DNA from: Catajapyx aquilonaris
Taxonomy: Eukaryota
Direction of reading: 5' to 3'
Length of the DNA: 60,093 bases
Assembly (NCBI GenBank): GCA_000934665.2
Contig: KZ538598.1
Span: 1-60,093, forward strand
The position numbers and the translations under genes were made by a program. Shown piece by piece: positions 51,162 through 60,093 of this stretch. A model generated the notes under the pieces. That model did not search any database. It was not told where the DNA came from and saw nothing but the letters and a program-made list of their open reading frames with translations. How positions within the stretch are numbered: the stretch's first letter is position 1; each line of letters begins with the position of its first letter.

Positions 51162-53407
51162 ATGGCGGCTATACTTCTTGCTCTTCTCTGCCTGTTAGTT
51201 TTGGCCAGCACATGTGCAGAACCAGTTGTGCAAACGAAATATGGTACTCTAGTCGGTTCCGAGTCTCTCTCTTCTGCAGGAAGAACATTTCGGACATTCT
51301 CTGGGATTCCATACGCCAAGCCACCAATCAGAGATCTGCGATTTCGGGTAAAATCACGTTTGATATTGTAGGGCTATACTTAAAAAGAATAATTATTATA
51401 TAAAAATGGATAAATATGCAGCCACCTGAAGAACCAGAGAGTTGGGATGGAGTTCGTGATGCCACAACGGAAGGCCCTTTTTGTATCCAGATGGATATAT
51501 TTCAACATTTGGCTTTCTTGGGTGAAGAAGACTGCCTCTACCTCAATGTCTACACGCCTAAAATTTCAGAGGTAAAGCTGATTTTTTTTAAATGTACTCT
51601 TTGTTATACTGTGCACTGATTTACCATTTCAATTACTCGTATAGGAAAGAACCGAATTGCTGGATGTATTTGTGTGGATTCATGGAGGAGCACTCATGTC
51701 TGGTTCTGGAAGTGCATACTGGTTTGGTCCCAAATATTTCATGGACAGAGACGTGGTGCTGGTCACTATCAACTACCGCTTAGGAGCACTAGGTACACTG
51801 AAACATATGTGAAGCATTAATATAATAACGCACCAATTTCTACAGGCTTCCTCAGCACTGGAGATGAAGAGTGTCCAGGAAACATGGGTCTGAAGGACCA
51901 GAACATGGCTCTTCGTTGGGTGAGAGACAACATCGAAGCTTTTGGTGGAAACCCATCGAGTGTCACCATTTTTGGCGAGAGTGCAGGTGGTGCCAGTGTT
52001 CACTACCACATGTTGTCACCAATGTCACATGGTCTGTTTCACCGGGCCATTTCTCAGAGTGGGACTGCCCTTTGCCCCTGGGCACAGGCGGAACATCCGG
52101 AATCTAGGGCTGCCCAACTAGGCTTCCTCGTAGGATGCCCCACACGCAACTCATCTGAGCTTGTACGCTGCCTTCGACAATTAGATGCAGCTACAATCGC
52201 CAAGTCTCACACAGATATGCTGGTATGCATATGCTTGTAGAGTATACAGATAACAGTAAGACTGCCGTTTTTTTTTTAAAGAAATTCACGCTGGACCCTG
52301 TGGCACCCTTTGCTGCTGTAGTGGAACCAGAAAATGACAATGCTTTCCTTACTGAAGATCCGTACCAGATAATACAAAGTGGAAAGGTCGCACGGGTCCC
52401 ATGGATTACAGGGATAACTACTCACGAAGGTGGCATAAGGCTTGTGGGTGAGTCGATATACAATGATTACACTGTACAAACTCAATAATTATCCACATTA
52501 ATTTTTTAAGGCTTACTGGAAAATGACGGTGAGTTGTTGCATAAGCTAAACAAAGAGTTTGTGAAGCTCGCACCATTAGCATTTAACTATGAGGACACAG
52601 CCTTGGATTCGGATTGGATGTCCCAATCAATCCAAAACACATACTTCGGTGGAAAAGAAATAGGAGAAGACACCATTGACCAACTGACCGATGTAAGCAT
52701 CCAGCATTTGCATTGAAAATGACAGCAGACATTGTCACATTATTTTTGCTCAGCTATACTCTCACAGATACCACGTTCACTGTGCCTATCTTGCAACAAA
52801 GGCCCACGTCGCACACACAAGCCTTCCTCCTGTGTACTTTTACGTGTTTAGTTACCATGGGAGGTACAGCGCAACATCATTCCTTGGAAGAAACTTCACT
52901 CGAGACTTGGGTAAGTTGTTATCTATGAAATAACTGTTTTCACTCCAATTTGCACGTTCTTTCAGGTGTAGTGCACTTGGATGACCTCCTCTACCTCTTT
53001 GATGGCGCAGTAGCCCCTGAATTCAAAGAAGGGATGCCTGAAAAGATCATGTCGGAGAAGCTGCTTGATCTTTGGGTGAATTTTGCAAGGAGTGGGTGAG
53101 TTGTCAGGTTTTTCTGTGTAGAATATTTTCAAATGAAAATGCCTTATTTCCTAGTGCTTATTTTGATACGACTTGACTCCACAGAAACCCGACTCCAGCC
53201 GGAAGTTTGGTGAAATGGCCCAGAGTACGTTTTGATACACACAGTCCCAATCCGGATAAATTTCCTCATCTTAATATTGAACCGGAAATGCGAGTTAGCT
53301 GGGACTTTCCTTACCGCATGATGAAATTTTGGAGTGAATTTCGTATGAATGAAAACGAGGGAAAAGAAAAGAAGGAAAATGATGATGATGATGGTGATAT
53401 CCTGTAA
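51162..53407 (+). CDS. Carboxylesterase, copy 2 (9 exons; triad intact)
   Basis: Exons 51162-51347, 51422-51571, 51645-51792, 51846-52222, 52282-52447, 52511-52692, 52754-52910, 52966-53095, 53185-53407. Motifs [37 protein letters not shown]-terminus [10 protein letters not shown]. Confidence 0.95.
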
Positions 53408-53594
53408 AACCCTATAAGTGCAATAATACGCTTGTGGATGTTTAAGCAAATTATTGTTGGAGTGATTATTCACCTTGATGTACGTATGCTTATGTAAACA
53501 AATTGAAATAAACTACTTATTTCCTATTTCCTGTCATAATGGTCATAAACAGCTGACCGCAAAGTTTGAGGAAAATCAGTAGACAGGTCATATT

Positions 53595-53880
53595 TTGTTG
53601 TCGAATCGATTTATCCCGGATCGAGTGCGGCCAATCATTTTGAGATGCTCCTTCTACAAAGATAAAGAAGAGATCCTGAGAAACGCATACAAACTGAAGT
53701 CCTCGTCGATTTCTATTTCGGAGGACTTTTCACTCGAAACTCGTGTGACGCAAGAAATTGCTACCTTACATGCGACAGCTTAAAGAAAAGGGGAGGAAAG
53801 GGACAATTCGCGACGCGACAAGTTATGGGTTAATGGAAGACTATTCACACTAGAGGAGCTACAGGACAACGAATCGAAAA
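53595..53880 (+). mobile_element. Degraded non-LTR retrotransposon ORF1-like fragment
   Basis: RPIILRCSFYKDKEEILRNAYKLKSSSISISEDFSLETR, then (frameshifted) DKLWVNGRLFTLEEL; resembles the C-terminal part of L1/CR1-type ORF1 proteins. Recognised by pattern only. Confidence 0.6.
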
Positions 53881-54294
53881 GGTCATGCCGGGCCATCCTC
53901 GTTAAATATTCAATTTAATCATGTCCCACCCGATTCAATACATACTATTTTTTGCGATCTAACGAAAATGAACATTTATTTCCTTCACCGTCTTTTTTTT
54001 GACGCTTCACAAAAATAATTATGATATTTTGTGATTTAGAGATGAAATCTAAATATCAGACCACCTGAGTACCCAGGCCGGTCCAGTCCAAAGGGTGATT
54101 ACCTTATTTCAGGTTTCAAAGTGTAATCCATCTTTGCAAATTGTGAATTGGTTAATATGTCTACATTATTATAGTAGCATGGTTAAAGGTATCAGTCTGT
54201 GTTATGTAAACGTGTTTTGTTAAGTGTCCTTGAATTGTAAACTAAATATAGGGGCAACTCCCCCTCAAAAGGTATACTGTACCTTAAAATGTAA

Positions 54295-54296
<2 letters not shown>

Positions 54297-54372
<76 letters not shown>
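54297..54372. repeat. (TAA)n microsatellite
   Basis: About 25 units seen directly. Confidence 0.95.
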
Positions 54373-55418
54373 TGTAAACCTGCTCCTCAAACCACTTCCT
54401 CGAGTTGTTTAACAACATGGTCAGTCGCCATAATATACTTTCTCCCCTGACCTTCCTCATCATTTTCGTCAATTAGTCCTTCTTGGAAAATTCCAACACC
54501 ATTTCTTCGCAGCACTTTCCTCCATACACATTACGCTATGATAGCTCAGATGAGCAGTGTGCATACGAATTTAGGCTGTGTTGTGTCCTTCTGCTTGGAA
54601 AAATCTAATTATAGAGCGAATCTCGCATTTGGCGGGAGCTTCGATTGTGTTAGGCATACAAAAGCTAGTACCTTGTCATGACAGGTGCCTCAATTGGGAA
54701 GGTGACTATCTGGAGAAGTAGCAGAAGAATGTGTCTAACTTTTGTGAGTATTAAAATTTGTCATTACTTTTGTTTTTCTTGCGCAACTCAAGCCCTCGTA
54801 CTACTTGGTAATGTGTTACATGTTAATTTTTCTCAATGCATAATTATGAATGTGATGAATATTCATCGAGAGAAAAATCCTTATCTATTATTTTAAAGTA
54901 AAAGATTTGTGACTAATTTATTGACAAAACCAGTTTTACCCATAGATCTGGCCACCTACACAATACAGTAAAACCTCCTCATGGAGCCATGTTGAGTTGT
55001 CGACAATGTGTAATTATGTTTTCTCCACAAGTCAGCTGCTCAATTTTTCCTGAGGTCACACGGGCATGTTCTTAATCTTACATTGGGATAGCCAAAAACT
55101 TTGAAGTGACCCGTAAGAAGAGGCTCAGATTACAAGCGCATGAATGCTGTCATATGAACCAGCATACCAGTACACTGTATTATATAATCCTCCAAATGAA
55201 AGCTAATATAGTCTAATTACGCCTATAAAAACGCTCGTACTGTTCTGTAACATGCCACGTTATGCCACGTTTGATTTACAAATATACAACAATAATAGCT
55301 TGAAGATAGTGAATAATAATATGATACCAATTTCTATATGACCTTTCCTATCGCTTTATGATATTAATCAGCACGTGTCATGAGCAATACCTCCTCATTT
55401 CGAACGTTTTAGTGCACC

Positions 55419-57780
<2,362 letters not shown>

Positions 57781-58080
57781 CTTCATGCCACTACGTCACG
57801 TCACTCTCTCTGACGATATAAGCAAGGCGTTACTTAAATGACAACTTAATTGTGTTTAGGATAACCTTGAATATCTTGGTGTAGGACCGTGTAGAAATAA
57901 AATGTTCTAACACTAAAATTTGTATGACTCAATTGTAGCCCCTCTGCGCAATCAGGCCTCATATAACTGCAGCCTTCACCACGACATCACGTCACGACCC
58001 TCACCACTGCCGCGAAAATAAACATTCCCTTCGCCGTCTTTTTTTTGACGCTTCACAAAAATATGATCTTTTGTGATTTA

Positions 58081-58206
58081 GGGCCGGTTTCACCGAGCTC
58101 TGTATATGATAAAACCAGGGTTATTTCAGAAAATCCCTATATATTTGTATGGATTTTCCTAAAGAAACCTGGTTTTATCATATACCGAGCTCGGTGAAAC
58201 CGGCCC
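58081..58206. mobile_element. 126-bp PIF/Harbinger (Tourist)-type MITE, TTA TSD
   Basis: Near-perfect foldback GGGCCGGTTTCACCGAGCTC ... GAGCTCGGTGAAACCGGCCC, flanked by TTA; empty site GTGATTTAGAGATG in the paralog at ~54031. Confidence 0.93.
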
Positions 58207-58395
58207 TTAGGGATGAAATCTAAATATCAGACCATCTGAGTACCCGGGCAGGTCCAGTCCTAAGGGTAATTACCTTATTTCAGGTTTCAAAGTGTAATCC
58301 ATATTTGCAAATTGTGAATTGGTTAATATATCTACATATATTATAGTAGCATGGTTAAAGGTATCAGTTTGTGTTATGTAAACCTGTTTTGTTAA

Positions 58396-58522
58396 TGCCT
58401 GGTTGCACCAACAAAATTACCTGTCCGATAGCTCCTAATGGACAGATAGGTAGACCTTTTAACATGTGCTATCGGTCCGTTAGGAGCTATCGGACCGGTA
58501 ATTTTGTTGGTGCAACCAGGCA
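58396..58522. mobile_element. 127-bp PIF/Harbinger (Tourist)-type MITE, TAA TSD
   Basis: TGCCTGGTTGCACCAACAAAATTACC ... GGTAATTTTGTTGGTGCAACCAGGCA flanked by TAA; empty site GTTAAGTGTCC in the paralog at ~54219. Confidence 0.93.
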
Positions 58523-58587
58523 TAAGTGTCCTTGAATTGTAAACTAAATAGGGGCAACTCCCCCCCTCAAAATGTACTGTGCCTTAA

Positions 58588-59198
58588 CCCTTTGACGACT
58601 ACGAACATCATATGATGTCCGAGCATACTTTCCTGCAGGGCCTATGAACATCATATTGATGTCTTGAGATTTGCCCTGACAACTTGGGACATTTTCCACC
58701 TCGTAAAATTTCAACCTCACCGATTTTCTTGAAATTCGTTGCATTGGTAGCCCACCCCAAGGGATGAAAAACGCACCTATAGCTACCTGCTCAAAATGAC
58801 CTTGACCCATATTGGAGTGGGGCATATGTCAATGCACCGAATTTCAATAAGTGAGGTCAAAATTTGACCTCTGCCCCCCTCAAAAATGGGTCACATGGTC
58901 ATTTTGAGTAGGTAACTATAGGTGCGTTTTTCACCCCTTGGAGTGGCTTACCAATGCACCGAATTTCAAGGGAATCGTGAGGTCGGAATTTTATGATTTG
59001 ACCTCTGCTCCCCTAAAAAATGGGTCACAGGGTCATTTTGATCAAGTAACTATAGGTAATCCGAGGCGTCCGGGGGTAATCCGGGCAGTCCGCGGATCAT
59101 TATTCATTAATATCACTCTTCATCTTTCCGGAAAAGGGGGAAAGGAACTCATAGGCCCTGGGGTAAGGCAATCGCTCAAAAACGTAGTCGTCAAAGGG
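58588..59198. mobile_element. 611-bp non-autonomous piggyBac-type element, TTAA TSD
   Basis: Perfect 16-bp TIRs CCCTTTGACGACTACG / CGTAGTCGTCAAAGGG, TTAA on both sides, a single TTAA at the empty paralogous site 54284-54287; long internal inverted repeat (~58715-58801 versus ~58897-58982). Confidence 0.93.
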
Positions 59199-59209
59199 TT
59201 AAAAGGGAA

Positions 59210-59211
<2 letters not shown>

Positions 59212-59279
<68 letters not shown>

Positions 59280-59298
59280 GTTGTTGTTGTTGTTGTTG
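59212..59298. repeat. Compound (TAA)n(GTT)n microsatellite, paralogous to 54297-54372
   Basis: Seen directly. Confidence 0.95.
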
Positions 59299-59836
59299 TG
59301 AACCTGCTCTTTCAAACCACTTCCTCGAGTTGTTTAACAACATGGTCAGTCACCATAATATAGACTACTTTCTCCCCTGACCTTCTTCATCATTTTCGTC
59401 AATTAGTCCTTCTTGGAAAATTCCAACACCATTTCTTCGCAGCACTTTCCTCCATACACATGACGCTATAGAAGGTTTGTGATTAATTTATTGACAAAAC
59501 CAGTTTTACTCATAGGAGATCTGGCCACCCACACAATGCAGTAAAACCTCCTCGTGGAGCCATGTTGAGTTGTCGAGAATGTGTAATTATGATTTCTCCA
59601 CAAGTCAGATGCTCAATTTTTCCTGAGGTCACGCGGGCATGTTCTTAATCTTACATTGGCATGACCATAAACTTTGAAGTGACCCGTAAGAAGAGCCTCA
59701 GATTACAAGAGCATTAATGATGTTATATGACCAATGATAATATGCCACCAATATCTATATGACCCTTTCTGTCGCTTTATGATATTAATCACGTGTCATG
59801 AGCAATACCTCCTCATTTCGAACGTTTTAGTGCACC

Positions 59837-60028
59837 ATGGCAGTCGTGTATGGTGCAGCTCTTCTCTGTTTCTGTGCTCTGGCTCATGCAAGTGCTGCTG
59901 ATCCAGTAGTGCAGACCAAGTATGGTTCTGTGGTGGGTCTCCAATCCCTGTCTTCTGCTGGAAGAACATTTCTAGCCTTCTCAGGAGTCCCATACGCCAA
60001 ACCGCCAACTGGAGACCTTCGATTTAAG
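59837..60028 (+). CDS. Carboxylesterase, copy 4, exon 1 (gene continues beyond the window)
   Basis: Nearly identical to 55419-55610; the following intron matches that of copy 3 up to the CAG acceptor at the window end. Confidence 0.92.
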
Positions 60029-60093
60029 GTAATGTGTCACTTCATCCTCTTAAGTGTACAATAATGTTACGAGTCAATTTGGTAATGACACAG

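Noticed and set aside
54224..54412. Poly-Ile ORFs here and at 58938-59363
   Set aside because: Translations of (TAA)n microsatellites.

Overview
Eukaryotic, intron-rich genomic DNA, most likely from an arthropod; the exact taxon cannot be determined from the sequence. (1) 1-38 kb: a discs large (dlg1, MAGUK) gene on +. Its PDZ1-PDZ2-PDZ3-SH3-HOOK-GK exons run from 23716 to 36078. A ~20-kb 5' intron holds a candidate alternative first exon (Cys-x-x-Cys plus an RVxF motif) and a 27-nt microexon. The gene also has a GC/GT tandem donor and two 42-nt HOOK cassette exons. (2) 40-43 kb: nested non-autonomous transposons (TIR element, hAT MITE, tRNA-derived SINE). (3) 44.2-45.1 kb, minus strand: selenoprotein T with an in-frame TGA in a CxxU motif and a type II SECIS in the 3'UTR. 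The SECIS is bracketed by splice-site-like sequences, can form a competing helix, and lies downstream of a TGA terminator and a 3'UTR intron. (4) 47.7-60 kb: a tandem array of four carboxylesterases (two intact, one with a nonsense codon, one cut by the window end). The recently duplicated spacer shows three MITE insertions with matching empty sites. All gene models were spliced and translated by eye; no database searches or folding programs were run.
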